The notes beneath the pieces were generated by a model. The model was not told where the DNA came from and did not search any database. It worked only from the letters and a program-made list of their open reading frames with translations. This document shows, one piece after another, positions 36,715 through 49,420 of a stretch of DNA of 64,000 nt; positions within the stretch are counted from its first letter, which is position 1; every line of letters starts with the position of its first letter. The position numbers were made by a program, and so were the translations under genes. The DNA lies in NCBI GenBank assembly GCA_973895155.1, contig OZ316892.1:30076932-30140931 (forward strand), read 5' to 3'. This DNA is from Marsupella aquatica. Its lineage: Eukaryota; Plantae; Marchantiophyta.

Positions 36715-39700
36715 TTAAGTATATTTGAAAAGTGAGGGGCTAGTCACGAATATCTTTACCTAGAGGGGACCCAACAAGTATTTTTCTGGCGCTTTTTGTG
36801 ATCGTTTAGTTTTTGCCGTGAAATTCCTTTCTTTATCTTTTCTCAACTCCATTTCTCAACCAAACCAAACTTTTTGACATCCTTTGATCATGCCAGAAAT
36901 TTTTGTCTGTAGGGTTGTAGTTATTTTTTAGTCATTTTTTCAGTTGTTTGGACTCAGGCTTATTTTGGCTCTTTAATCTTACAGAGGTTAGGCTAATGTT
37001 TTCACCCCTTTATTAAGTCACTTGCCTTTGGTATCCTGTTTCCTGGTTTGACATTTTTTGTTCTTTGGAATGTCACATATACATTCTCCTTCAACCAGAT
37101 AGTTCTTTTCTGGAATCTGAGATAATTTTGTTCCTACAAAAGAGACCTCAATGCAACCACACTCAATGCTGAGAGGAATTCCTGCCTGAAAAAAATTATA
37201 TTTGTAGGGAGGGTTTACTTCTTCTTGCAATTGGTGACTACTCTGGCCTCATTTGGCTCTTTAGTCTTGGGTTTTATTTCCATGTTTCAAACTTTCAAAA
37301 TACAGTCAGAAAAATCTGACGAATGACCAGAGAGCGGGCCAGAGAACCCATTATTTAAAATAAAAATATAGAAATGAAAATATAGAAATAAAAATATAGA
37401 AATAAAGGGGTTACCAAAAAGGGTGAGGTTTTAAGGGCTGCCCAAGCATGGGATGGGCAGGGGCAGCCAGGGGACCCAAAAAGGCTGGCCTGAAAAAAAT
37501 GGGACACAAAAACGAGGAGAGTCTTCCGGTGAGGTGTGGGGGAAAACCAAGATGCACATTTAATGACAAAACAGGGACTCGTCTCCCTGAATTCCTCCTC
37601 CCTGCTGCCGGGCCTCCTTCCTTCACTACCTGGCCTCCTTGCTTACCCCTGCCGGGGTCCTTGCTTTAGTTGTCGGGGCTCCTCCCCTGGCTTCCCCGTT
37701 TTGACAAAAGATATGGTGCCCTGACATTGTGGAGGAGGAAAGATGTTGTGGCTATAGGAGGTGGAGAGGTAAGAAGTACAAACCCTATTTAACCCCTCAT
37801 GCATTTTTTTAGGGTAAGAGGCCGGGTAAATATTTAGGGTTCACGGTGCAACTAACCTTTTCATTGCCGTGAATAATCCCACAGGTGGATTTGACCGCTC
37901 CCTCCGGGCACATTGCACTAGCAATATCAGAGGATGAGGAGGAGGGAGGGATGAGGAGTAGGGAGGGCACGGTCGAGGGCAGTGGGGAGAGGAGGCGGGG
38001 TCATCGGGTCATCGGGAGAAATTTTGGCTTGAGGAGTTGAATGTGCAAACTGAGGATATGATCTGATCAAAGCTGGGTATTCAGGAGATGTGTAGCGTAG
38101 ATGAGGAAAGGAGAAGCGCAGTTCACAATGGCGGAACACGAGATTTATTTTACTTGGTGGTTCAAGTGCTTAAGGGCGGTATGATTTGAATGAGCATTGG
38201 ATGAGAGTTTTCCCTTGTTTTGGAAAATCTGTGAGAGAGATTGCAAACGAGAGACTATACGAGGCAGTTCACCAGTGATCCAGAATGTGAAACAATGATT
38301 CTTTTCGTGGAAGTAAAACAAGAGCTTGATGGAGAAGTTGTTACTTTAGACTTCTGCTGCGACAAAGATTGAACAGAAGAGAGAAAGGGAATTGTGCGAG
38401 AAAAGATGAACTCCATCGCTTCTCTCGGGCAGCAGCAAAAAGGAAGCCGAAAACAAAAATGAATGAAAATGAGAGTTCTTACGATATAATAAGACAGAGA
38501 AAACTCCTTCACAAACGACAAACAAACCTGAACTTGTGGGAAATGTGTGAAGCACCATGCTGAGTTCAGTTGTGTGACAGAACTGTGGTTTGAAGATGAG
38601 AAGCCATGAGACAAACGAAACAAACAGAGTGTCGAGAAAAACTTGATTTAGCTTAATGAAAGGATTGGATATACTGTTTCTTTTAAGCTTGAGGTACACA
38701 GAAATGAAATGGAAGGTGTTGATTATGATGAAGCAGTTGACAAAGTGAAGATTTAGAGTTGGAATTCCAGGAAAACCTTAAGCCTAATAACAAAACTGAC
38801 CGTGAATAGAGATGAACTGATCTGCTTGAAGTTGGAAGCTAGAATGGGCTTTAACTTATTTGTCTTGGACCAAGAAGAGGGAGGAACTTTTCATGAAATT
38901 TATTAGGAAGTTCCAGTTGGAAGTATGGATTACTTGTACTTTTTTTCATTTGATGTTATGGAGTTTTGAGGAAGATTACAAGTTGGTTTAAAAGTTACAT
39001 TCTTTTAGCGAGTGGAATCCAGTAATTGGAATGATATTTAAATTAGGAACTATCCGCTGCCATGGGTTTTGAAGTTTCTAGTCAAAGATCTTCTTGTTAT
39101 GGGATTGGAAGATCGAGGAGAGGAGGAAGGAAGGGCAAGAGGAAGAGAATAAGAGGAACGAGGATGTGAAGGAAGCTCGACGGAGATTGAAACTATGTTC
39201 GAAGTGCCTGGGAGAGACTATCAACGACCTTGAGATCGTGACTTGACCTGAGCCGATGACCTGATCTGGAATGAGCATGGAACCCTCGAGCTAGAAAATG
39301 GCCGGCCAATGAAAAACTTTTGTAACCTCAAACCTGAATTTCTATTTAAATAAAATAAGACTTAAGTTGTTTGGGGTACCTTTGTTGTCATTGCAATGGC
39401 CAGGAATGTAAAAGAATGAAAATGGTGCTTGAGTATTTTCTATGACCACTTTGAGTTGTGAGTGAATGAAAATGATGCTTGAATGAATTGGATGACAATG
39501 GATTAATGTAATTCAAAAACTAGATTTGAAATGGAGTGAGGTTTAATTCATTCATTAAACTAAAGACGGAAGTGTGAGGAATACCACAATTGGTGGATTA
39601 TAGCTGGCGAGACGCCGGGGGCCGGAGAGGGAAGAGTGATGCCTCAATCAGCAAAATGAGTTGCGTCGCTAGCGCTAGGCTCGCCACGGCATTGAAGCAA

Positions 39701-42547
39701 TAGAGGCGAGGAATGCAGACAAAGCAGCATGGGAAGCCATGCACAAGAGAGAGTTGGCGCTCTCGCCAGTTGTACAGGAAGTGGAGCCAGAGTTAGTAGA
39801 GTAGGGAACTGGTAATCAGCCCAGTCTTATTTTAAGTTTCTTTGAGTGATGCACATACTTATGGCTATGGAGAATACTCAGGACCTTATCGTGCAGTCAG
39901 ATCTCTTCTCTTCCCTCACCTCAATTGGATTAGCGGCCCAACTGCTTTGAAGAAACTGTTGGCAATCAATCCCCATTCGAATCGCAATTGGGAATAGCAC
40001 AGTTCAGCTCACCTTAGCTGGGCTCAGTTCAGCTGAATTCCAAGTGAAGATCAAGGTCTGTGCGAGTAAATTCGAGTGACAGATCAGGTTTAACAGTGCC
40101 GCTTCTCAGTGCTCCTCCTCCTCGCACCAAGATCTCTACATGAATTGAAGGAGATCTCCGCTGGCTGTCCCGATCCCGGGCTGTCGCAAGCTGAGAATGC
40201 TTGTAGAAATCACAATTCTGATAAGAATTACCCTCGTAGCACATTATTTTACGTCGCTTTAGTTGCTTCTCGGGGAGCCGGTACCGAGCTGTGTGTAGCT
40301 GCATGCTGACGAATCCAGTGATCCCTCTTAAGCTCGCGTACCACTTTCACACGGCCGCTGGCGATATCCGTTGGGCAGAGAATTCCTAGGAAGGCCCTAG
40401 CTATACTCGATGTTCCTCTGTGTTTCAACCCTACATTGCTGGGCAACAATACTTCTCAACTCTTAGTGCCCAAGGAAGCGGGACAGAATCTCTTTTTCAG
40501 CCCGGGATATTTTTTCATCTCCCCATCCTGGTTCAAGTCCTGCTCAGTTCTTGGATGACGTCACCTGCTGCCTGCAATTATGTGCATTTGCCTTTCTTTT
40601 CAGACATGACAAACTTGGAAGGAATATCTTCATTTATGAGCTTCTTTTATTGCCCATCACAGCCTAAATCAATTTGGTTTCCACTTGCTTCAACGTCTTG
40701 TTCTGAAAAATTGTCGAGCCTGCCACTTTGCTTCTTACACGCTCTGCATATCACTTCTTGACAAGTTCTTCTTTGTAGAAATGTCCTCAATTTGTCGTTT
40801 GGTATGCAGGACAATTCGGTTGGAAAGGGTTCTTTATTGGAGGCGATTAACTAGAGCACTTGCGCCAAAGTTTTTCAGAAAGTAATGTGCAGGTATGACG
40901 GTGGTTGCTTTGGGGTTTGAAAGGAAGAGGTTCTCATACTTTTTACTCTCAAAACTTGTAGTTTTGATTGTCAAGTTTGAATGTCAAAGCTGGAATCATT
41001 CTTAAAAGAGTACAGCAATTCATAATTCTTAATGCAGGAGGAAGTGATCCTGGAGAAGATGCTGCTACTGATATGCTTCTAGGGAATCCTCCAACTGTTA
41101 CGTTGAGCTGAGAATCCTCTGCGCGGGCAAGGTTTTCCCAACAAAGCCCTCTCCTACTTGATTTTCTCTCTTCAGTCCAAGGGTAGGAAGTATGAGACTT
41201 GAAGTTTGAGGGCTCTGCAAGATTGCGCTACTTAGACTGATTTGAACGTTTGTCAAACAGTTAAGATCATATTTCTCACAACTGTAGCTTTAAGCTCTCT
41301 ATTTCCGGCACGGGGACGTATCTGCCTCCATGGAAATTTTGGATATGGGCCGCTTTAGGCAACACTCCACAGCCAGGTATGATTAATTTTGTATGCATGT
41401 CATTTTGTTGGATTATGATGTGATCGAACAACCTTGAATGAATTCTTAACAAAGGCGTTTGATTTGCAACGTTTGATTTGCAACGTTTGATTTGCAGGGT
41501 TCATCCTTCATCTTCCGGTTTGATTGGTATTGGCATCAGCCGTTGTTCTTGTACAAGGCCTTCAGGTAATGAGACTCAAGAGCGATTTCAACGTTTTGCG
41601 TACCTACTTTTAAAGAAAACTCTTTTTCCAGCACCACGGTGTGACATTTATAGTTGCGTGAATTTCCTGCTATGAGGCTTATGTGAGGAAGACTTGACTT
41701 GAACTTCCAGTGTGATACTTTTTCCATCTCCAAGGAAGCACAGGGAGCGGGGGCGGGGGCCGCCGTCACATTTATGTCATATGTGTCTCTCGACGGATTC
41801 TATAAGAGACGATATAAAGAATGCTGGATAGGCTTTAGTTCTGAATTGTTGGAGAGGGACGAGTAGCGCTTTCACATTCATGTCATCTTTGTCTAATCAC
41901 AATGGATTCACTAGAGTCAATCTATGGACACTTGCTAGGCTTTATTTCTGAATTATAGTCTCTTTCCAAAAACCTGATTATCGGCTTTGTGTATAGCATA
42001 GAAAGGACAGTCTAGGGAACGTACAAATTAACGCCTGTCAAGGTGCCCTAAGAGTCTACCCTACACACAACCCAAGGATAACATGTGACTGCTGGCTGAA
42101 GTTTTTTAGTGCCAATTCGATAGGCTCTTGACTGTATTCTGTCTACGGTTACAATGAAATACGGGAGTGCGAACGAGCTTATTGATACTTGAGCTACCTG
42201 GATATGCCTTTCACAATTAATTCAGTATTCTTTTCTAAGATCATCGCATTCTTGACAGATAGCGGTTACTCTCAGTTGAGAAGGAGTCATATAACTTTTG
42301 CAAGTTATCTGTACCAAAGATCACAGCAGAGCAAGGGAGACAAGAAAAAAAATCCTTGGACGGAGGTAGGAATGCACCCTAGAACTCCAGAGACTTACCG
42401 GTCTGCTGTGTATTTCTGAGCATTCATTGAAGAAAATTCATTGGGAAACATAGTCCTCAGGAAACAACTACAAAGTCGCTGCACCTCGTGGAATCTCTTG
42501 GATTTTAACCTCGTACCAGATCTGATCGTGGGTTGTGGTGCTGACAG

Positions 42548-45127
42548 AGGAAGCCCAGAGCACTTGAGTTCAATCATAAGTTGACACAGAAAGCAGTTTT
42601 GGTGGATGGATGGTCAACTCTGGCATGGGCCAAGGCAAGAACAAATTTGATTAGTCAATGCAGATTTCAATCCCATGTTAGTAATGGCACGAGAAATCGG
42701 TCTCAAGTCACTGCAAAAGGGAATGGCAGTAGGCCTATGCATGAAACAATCGCTGTTTTGAAAGAGCGTCTGCAGCGAGGCATTACTATAGACTCGTACA
42801 CATATGTTGAAGTTCTGCAAATGTGCTTTCAACTCAAAAACCTTTCAGCAGCCAAGCAAATTCACGATTGTATCATCGAGAGTGGGATTCAGAAAAATCC
42901 ATATGTGGCAATCACGCTCCTGAATGTGTATATCAAATGCGGAGCATTGTTAGATGCACGTCGAGTTTTTGATCAACTTGAGAAGAAGAATGTTATTACT
43001 TGGACCGCGATGATAGCAGGATATGCTAACAGTGATCAAGCTGAATGTGTATCGGAACTTTTGAATCAAATGCGCCAAGAAGGCGTGCAGCCTAATGAGA
43101 TCACATATCTGAGCATCCTGAAAGGATGTGCCAGCCCATTAGCTCTAACACGCGGAAAAGAAATTCATGAGCGTATTCGACATGCCGGCTTTGAATCGGA
43201 CGTTCGTGTAGGGACTGCCCTCCTGCTCATGTACGCAAAATGTGGGTGCATCACCGAAGCAAGGATAGTTTTTGATAAGTTGACCAATCGAAATGTTATT
43301 ACATGGAATGTTATGATTGGAGCATATGCATTACGTGGTGATGTCGTGGAAGCATATCGACTGTTTCTCCAAATGAGACGGGAAGGATTAGAACCAGATG
43401 CATTCACTTACGCGAGCATCCTGAATGCATCTGCAAGTGAGGGGGCTTTGGAATGGGTGAAGGACGTTCATGCCCAGGCTAGCAAAGCCGGACTGGTCTC
43501 GGATTTGCGTGTGGGCAGTGCACTCATTCACATGTATGCAGAGGGTGGTAGTATAGATGACGCCCGACTTGTTTTTGACAGATTGGAGAACCGCAATATA
43601 GTCACATGGAATGTAATGATCGGTGGACTTGCTCAGCATGGACGTGGGCATGAAGCATATCGACTGTTTCTTCAAATGAGACGTGAAGGCTACAAACCAA
43701 ATGCAATCACTTATGTGAGCATCCTGAATGCATCTGCAGGTGCGGATTCTTTGGAGTGGGTGAAGGAGGTTCATAGGCATGCTAGCAAAGCAGGACTGGA
43801 GTTAGATTTGCGTGTAGGCAATGCTCTGGTTCTCATGTATGCAGAGAGTGGCAGTATAGATGACGCCCGACTTGTTTTTGACAGAATGGGGAAACGCGAT
43901 GTAGTCACATGGACTGTAATGATCGGTGGACTTGCTCAGCATGGACGTGGGCATGAAGCATATCGACTGTTTGTCCTAATGAGACGTGAAGGCTTCGAAC
44001 CAAATACAATCACTTACGTGAGCATCCTGAATGCATCTGCAAGTGAGGGGGCTTTGGAGTGGGTAAAGGAAGTTCATGGCCATGCTCGCAAAGCGGGACT
44101 GGAGTCAGATGTGCGTGTGGGCAGTGCACTGGTTCACATGTATGCAGAGAGTGGCAGTATAGCTGACGCCCGGCTTGTTTTTAACAGAATCAAGAAACCC
44201 GATGTAGTCACATGGAACATAATGATTGGTGGACTTGCACAACACGGACATGGGCGTGAAGCCCTGGAACTTTTCAGAAAAATGATTGCAGACCATGTGA
44301 AGCCCATCGAGACGTCATTCATAGCTGTGTTGTCAGCCTGTTCTCATGGAGGTCTTGTTGATGATGGCCGTAGAATCTTTTCAGCTATGACGCAAGATTA
44401 TGGTATCGAGCGTACTGTTGTTCACTTTAACCTCATGGTGGATATTCTTGGGCGGGCGGGACACTTGGAGGAAGCAAAGCAGTTCATCAGTGAGATGCCG
44501 ATCGAACCAAATGATGTAACTTGGACGGCCTTGCTTGGGGCTTGTAGAACTTACGGTAATGTAGAGCTGGGCGAACTGGTCGCTAACGAGCTTTTCAAGT
44601 TGGAACCCGGTAAGGCTTCTACATATGTGCTGCTCTCCAATATCTATGCTGCAGCTGGGAAGTGGGAGAAAGTGTCATCTGTGCGCACTATGATGCAAGA
44701 GAGAGGTGTTCGGAAGGAGGCAGGGCGTAGCTGGATTGAAGTTCATAACAAAATCCATGAATTTGTTGTGGGGGATACATCTCACCCAGAAGCGGAAGCG
44801 ATATATACTGAGCTGAAAAAATTGAGTAAAAAACTGAAGGCTGAAGGCTACATTCCGGATACCCGGCTTGTGTTGCATGATATCAATGAGGAGGATAAAG
44901 AGCTAGCTCTTTGTTGTCATAGTGAGAAGCTGGCTATTGTTTACGGACTTATGCACCTACCGTGGGGAGAACCAATTCGAATAAGTAAGAACCTTCGGGT
45001 GTGTTCAGATTGCCACTCAGCAACCAAGTATATCTCTAAGGTGACCGGACGCGAAATTATTGCGAGGGATGCAAATCGGTTCCACCATTTTAAAGATGGA
45101 ATGTGTTCTTGTGGTGACTACTGGTGA
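42548..45127 (+). CDS. PLS-class PPR-DYW RNA editing factor (terminal coding exon; 5' exons unresolved)
   Basis: ORF 42581..45127 has L-S, four PLS triplets, P2L2S2, E, KEAGRSWIEV, HSEK, CSDCH and DYW. An in-frame stop at 42542 followed by acceptor-like gctgacag (42547) suggests upstream exon(s). Confidence 0.92.
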   Translation, partial: RKPRALEFNHKLTQKAVLVDGWSTLAWAKARTNLISQCRFQSHVSNGTRNRSQVTAKGNGSRPMHETIAVLKERLQRGITIDSYTYVEVLQMCFQLKNLSAAKQIHDCIIESGIQKNPYVAITLLNVYIKCGALLDARRVFDQLEKKNVITWTAMIAGYANSDQAECVSELLNQMRQEGVQPNEITYLSILKGCASPLALTRGKEIHERIRHAGFESDVRVGTALLLMYAKCGCITEARIVFDKLTNRNVITWNVMIGAYALRGDVVEAYRLFLQMRREGLEPDAFTYASILNASASEGALEWVKDVHAQASKAGLVSDLRVGSALIHMYAEGGSIDDARLVFDRLENRNIVTWNVMIGGLAQHGRGHEAYRLFLQMRREGYKPNAITYVSILNASAGADSLEWVKEVHRHASKAGLELDLRVGNALVLMYAESGSIDDARLVFDRMGKRDVVTWTVMIGGLAQHGRGHEAYRLFVLMRREGFEPNTITYVSILNASASEGALEWVKEVHGHARKAGLESDVRVGSALVHMYAESGSIADARLVFNRIKKPDVVTWNIMIGGLAQHGHGREALELFRKMIADHVKPIETSFIAVLSACSHGGLVDDGRRIFSAMTQDYGIERTVVHFNLMVDILGRAGHLEEAKQFISEMPIEPNDVTWTALLGACRTYGNVELGELVANELFKLEPGKASTYVLLSNIYAAAGKWEKVSSVRTMMQERGVRKEAGRSWIEVHNKIHEFVVGDTSHPEAEAIYTELKKLSKKLKAEGYIPDTRLVLHDINEEDKELALCCHSEKLAIVYGLMHLPWGEPIRISKNLRVCSDCHSATKYISKVTGREIIARDANRFHHFKDGMCSCGDYW

Positions 45128-45479
45128 ACCCAGATTGAAAGTTGGGTTTGGCTGGCTGGAAAGTGACTCTAAAGCAGTACTCACTGGCAGCACAGATACC
45201 ATGAGGTTTTCGTTGCTGCAATTCAGAAACATGAATTCTGCAAGTTGGGGTTGTAACTAGCCCTCTTTGGCTGAAAGATTATTTCACGTAAGAGAAATGT
45301 TACCGGAGGATATTGTTAAGAGTCGAAATTAGAGATGCGTGAAATCAAGCGCTTGGCTTGATACGTAGAAAGCTCTTTTGATATCCTCTTCAAATTTGGT
45401 CTTTAGATTAGGAGCAGGGTTTGCATACAGTAGCTGCCTTGCCGTGAACATGGTACAGGAAGGGAACTCACTTTGCCGA

Positions 45480-46240
45480 CAGGAGACGGTAAAATCAAGG
45501 GCATAAAGATAAGATTGGCTAGGCGCTGTTGGAGGCCGACATAGGATTCCAGGGCTGGATGTTGTTCTTGGCCTTGCATATGGATGCTCTGCCTACTGGA
45601 CTCCAGTTTTGCAAAGGACTTCGCTCACACTGTCAAGGCCTTTATGTTTTCAAGTCTTATGGTGTATTTGGTTAGGCAGGAATGAGCAGACCACTGACAC
45701 TGGTAGACATAGAAGCTTTGACCTCAACTTAGTAATATCAGAAGTAGTTGACCATTTGCACTTGGCTTGCGCTTCTTCTCCCCCTAGTAGGAAGCACAAC
45801 AGATTACTCCGCTCCAAGGAGGTGGTTGAGAAGATGACCTTTGACATTTGTAAAAAGAGGAGCTTTGACCTCAACTAAGTATTATTAGAAGAAGGTGGTT
45901 GAGAAGATTAGGATACGTTGGCTACCGAGGGGTGGAACTAGGTTCTCAACCTAGTGGTGCCTCTCGCACTGATGCATGGTTCCGTTGGATAGGATGGGAT
46001 GCCCTGCCGGGTGGATGTAATACACTGGACCTGCAGGGCTCCCTTCTGTGCATAGCATGTGTTCTTTCCTTTCTCTGGTTCCGGGTCATGTCCCCTGGCA
46101 TGTGGTTGGCCTTTGTTGTGCTCTGGGTGTTATGCCCTGCTGCCCCTGTTGGGGTGCTTTTGGTTTGATGGCCTTTCCTGGTCTCCCCCTTCGTGGGGTT
46201 CACGCGGAAAAAACGGAAAAAGAAATGAAGAAGATAAAAC
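45480..46240 (+). mobile_element. 5'-truncated L1-like LINE 3' end
   Basis: LCFQVLWCIWLGRNEQ (W.IW..RN motif), then a T/G-rich UTR ending GTGGGGTTCAC..A-rich, similar to the LINE end at 60989. Confidence 0.6.
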
Positions 46241-47098
46241 GCGCCGATGCAACCTCCACCAGCTTAGAACTTTAAGCAATCAGTTTCAGAGTTCATTGAC
46301 TCGCAGAGGAAGCCTTTCGCTCCCAGACTCCAGATCTCATACAGCTTGATGATACAGGTTGAAGATTAGACATTTCAATTTCTAGTAAGGTAAGGTGGCC
46401 ACGTTCTTCTGCTTCAAGGCCAGTTGACACTGAATTCAACCAAAAACGATATGAAGTTCCATCTGCAAATCAACTGTTCCGAGCTTCCCAGATTCGCAAG
46501 ACAATGTCGTGAAACTAGCTGAAAAGCTTGTTAACTACTCGGGGTTTAGGGAAGGCGTAAGTTCTCAAATTACGCGAGAATGGGAAGAATGTACTGAACA
46601 CTCCTATCCTCGAGGATTATCGGACAAGGCAGGAAAGTGGACTGTATTTTCAGTACAAACTTTGCTACGTTGGTGGCATGATTGGAATCCGTCAGCTGAT
46701 AGATAGTGCATGTGAACGTAGAAGGGAGCATAGTTCTGCAAGGAATAGTGGATTAGCATGTTCTGTTGCTTCTGCTGGGCCCATGCCTACCTCAAGAAAA
46801 TAGATGCATCTCTAGAAGGTCCTGAATTACTGATCACGAAGTTTTAGGTGAAGGGCTGCTACTTATTTTGGCAAATTAGAAGTGTGATAGCTGAATGACT
46901 TTCATAGCATCCTTGGTCAGGATGCTGAAGGGTCAATTGCCGTCCCAGTTTAGTGCCATCAAGGTACACACCGTCCTGAGACTTGCAGATATCCGCAATT
47001 TTGATTATGAGTATCCTAACAACGACAGGATTTTGAGGGGGATCTCAAACCCTTTTCCTGTTTTCGATCCCTTATTACCATTTTTCTTCATGATGCAG

Positions 47099-47930
47099 GT
47101 GTGTGGGTTTGATCTCTTAAGGTCACAAGGTCGATCTTATGTGTGTGATGTGAATGGATGGAGCTTCGTGAAAAATTCGTATAAGGGAGTTGGATACTCA
47201 GCCCTTTATGCATATACTACTGGTGTAACTTGTGCAGAGTCTCCATTCAGTGCCACTAGTCATAAATGTGGATAAATCACCATCCAAGAGTTGGAGTCTG
47301 AATATTGCTCAGGGTATGTACTCATGACAGGGTTGAGAGGACTGCACTCCTTGCGCTTTCCCTCATGTTTTGATCTTTTTTGGATGTTTGTTCTATTTGT
47401 CTCTGTGGGTGGGCAGATACTATGATGACGGGGCCAGTGTTTTAAGGACAATGTTTTTGAAGGCCAAGGCTCCCATCTGTCGTCGAAGCTTCCCCCACGC
47501 CTGCCATGGGGTGGTAAGGACTATAGTTTTGAGGATGGGATCGCGAGTCAAAACAGTGTCATATCTGGAACGTTTGGGCAAGCTGAGGAACTTCGTTGCG
47601 TTTTTGCTTCAGTAAGTTGTCAGAGTTCGTAGTTGACTCCGCCCCAAACTTGTGTGCTTTGAACTTGAGCGATATGAATTGGCTGCAGCAATGAAAGAAG
47701 ATTCTAGCATCTCTGTCAAGTTGTTAGGGCTATTTTTATATGTATGTTTAATGTTAAGGTACAAAAGCTGAAAAATTAGTTTTCCATGTTGTTCATCGAA
47801 GCAACTGACTGTTGAATATTTATTTTCCAGTGTTGACCGCACCCCAAAACAAAAGGTGAAGCTGAAAGTTACACATGATAGGCTGCTGAACCTGATGCTG
47901 AAGTATAACGGGGGTCGGCCCCGAGCTGAG
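47099..47930 (+). pseudogene. VIH: Three-exon fragment of a VIH/VIP1-type diphosphoinositol-pentakisphosphate kinase (PPIP5K)
   Basis: Exons 47099-47184 ([29 protein letters not shown]), 47417-47611 (YYDDGASVLR..AKAP/HLSSKLPPRLPW..GTFGQAEELRCV) and 47831-47930 ([29 protein letters not shown]). Lesions: donor GT>GG, a 1-bp deletion and a broken RHG motif. Confidence 0.88.
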
Positions 47931-49420
47931 GTAGCAATGTTTATGTTTTGTTTCGACATCCTATCAAGCACAAGCCTGTGTATACTGGTTTCCTGCTTGT
48001 CCTAGATTTTGCTGCATTTTTCAATTCTTTTGTGGCTTCGAAAGAGATGACTGTTGTTTTGACCGGATATGTGAATTGGCACGGTATACCGACTTCATGA
48101 TGTACAATGTGAAGGGTTGTCATCGATACCATCGAATTCTGTAAGAAGCATGTTACGTTCGCTCTGTCTCTCGTAGCAACGAATGTAATCTTGGTAAGGT
48201 AACCTGTTACTGGTTTGATCATCACTAACGGCTTACGACTTCCACCATTTCGAGCTTGGACAGACGTGTAGGTGACAATTTGAAAAGGCAAATGAGGTGG
48301 AAATTAGAGCACAGGCTGAACAACCATGGTTAGTTGCGTCAATTTCGTACAGGTGCAGTGGAACTATGTGAGATATCCACAGAGTCCATTTGATTGATTA
48401 CTGCTAGGGCAAAGCTTTTTTGATAGTCAAAAGGGGACTCTGCCTTCACTGGATATTGAAACCTGGCCGTCCACATCAAGTCTTGTTCGCTCTGACTCCG
48501 TAAGGTAGTGATGAAGTAGAGTGGGGAACATCTCAATCAGGGACTTTAGAATTACCAGTAATTCACAGTTTATCCTGATTTTAACTTGGTCGAGAATCGT
48601 TTGTAGCCTAGTATCAGGTAGCCTGTTGTGGTTATAACTCGAGGTAAGGTGTCAGCTGTTTATAGTGCAGAGAGAAGTGCGGACTGTTTGAAGACATTTT
48701 TCACTGTAACAGCTGGCGGCTGGCAGACTTTCGCCGACGAGATTCTTCCTGCTGGATTGTTTATTTAGTAGGTTTTGATATTGATGAAGGCTTGGATGGT
48801 TTGCAGGACGAGCGGCCTCAAAGAATGTGTCGTTTTCACTGTCACCATCCACCCCAGCACAGTCGCAGTGTTCGCTCATCTAACGGTGATGTGAGGAAGA
48901 GAAGCTCAGGCTGAGAAACGCTCTGCCTCACTCTCTTTTTTCTGTCTTCTCTTCCAAAGGCAGGAAAATTAGGGCCTGGGTCTCATGATCACCTCAAGAA
49001 TTTCAGCTACTGGCTTTGCACGGTCGTCCACTTACACGATCAGGCACGCAGGGTCGTCCACTTACACGATCATTCGTTCGTGTAACTTCGCGACTTGCCG
49101 CGGAGCAGGAAAACCCTTCATTAACCATCGCTGCCGGGACTCTCCTCGTGACAACCCTATCGATGCTAATTTGTGTTTCAATTCAAATATATCTCCCGCA
49201 GTGACTGACTAATTGACTTGACTAGTCGACACCTGCTGTTCCTCCACATTCAGCTTTTATATCATTCTATTATACACGGTCGCACGCCCGTTTCATAGTT
49301 GAAAAAGAGGAAAATCATTATGAGTCCGCTGTAGCTGGTTTGCTAGAAAGCTTCCCAACTCCGCAGATACGCGTCCACTAATTTTTCGATCAGCGTCGGA
49401 TGCTCTTGGCTGTCTTGAGT

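Larger units (their letters stand above)
34041..37592. mobile_element. Non-autonomous TIR DNA transposon with ~170-bp imperfect TIRs, hosting nested elements
   Basis: 34047-34212 is the reverse complement of 37421-37586, and both outer flanks read TCCTCCTC (34033-34040 / 37593-37600). There is an internal ~120-bp tandem duplication of the left TIR. No transposase seen. Confidence 0.6.
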
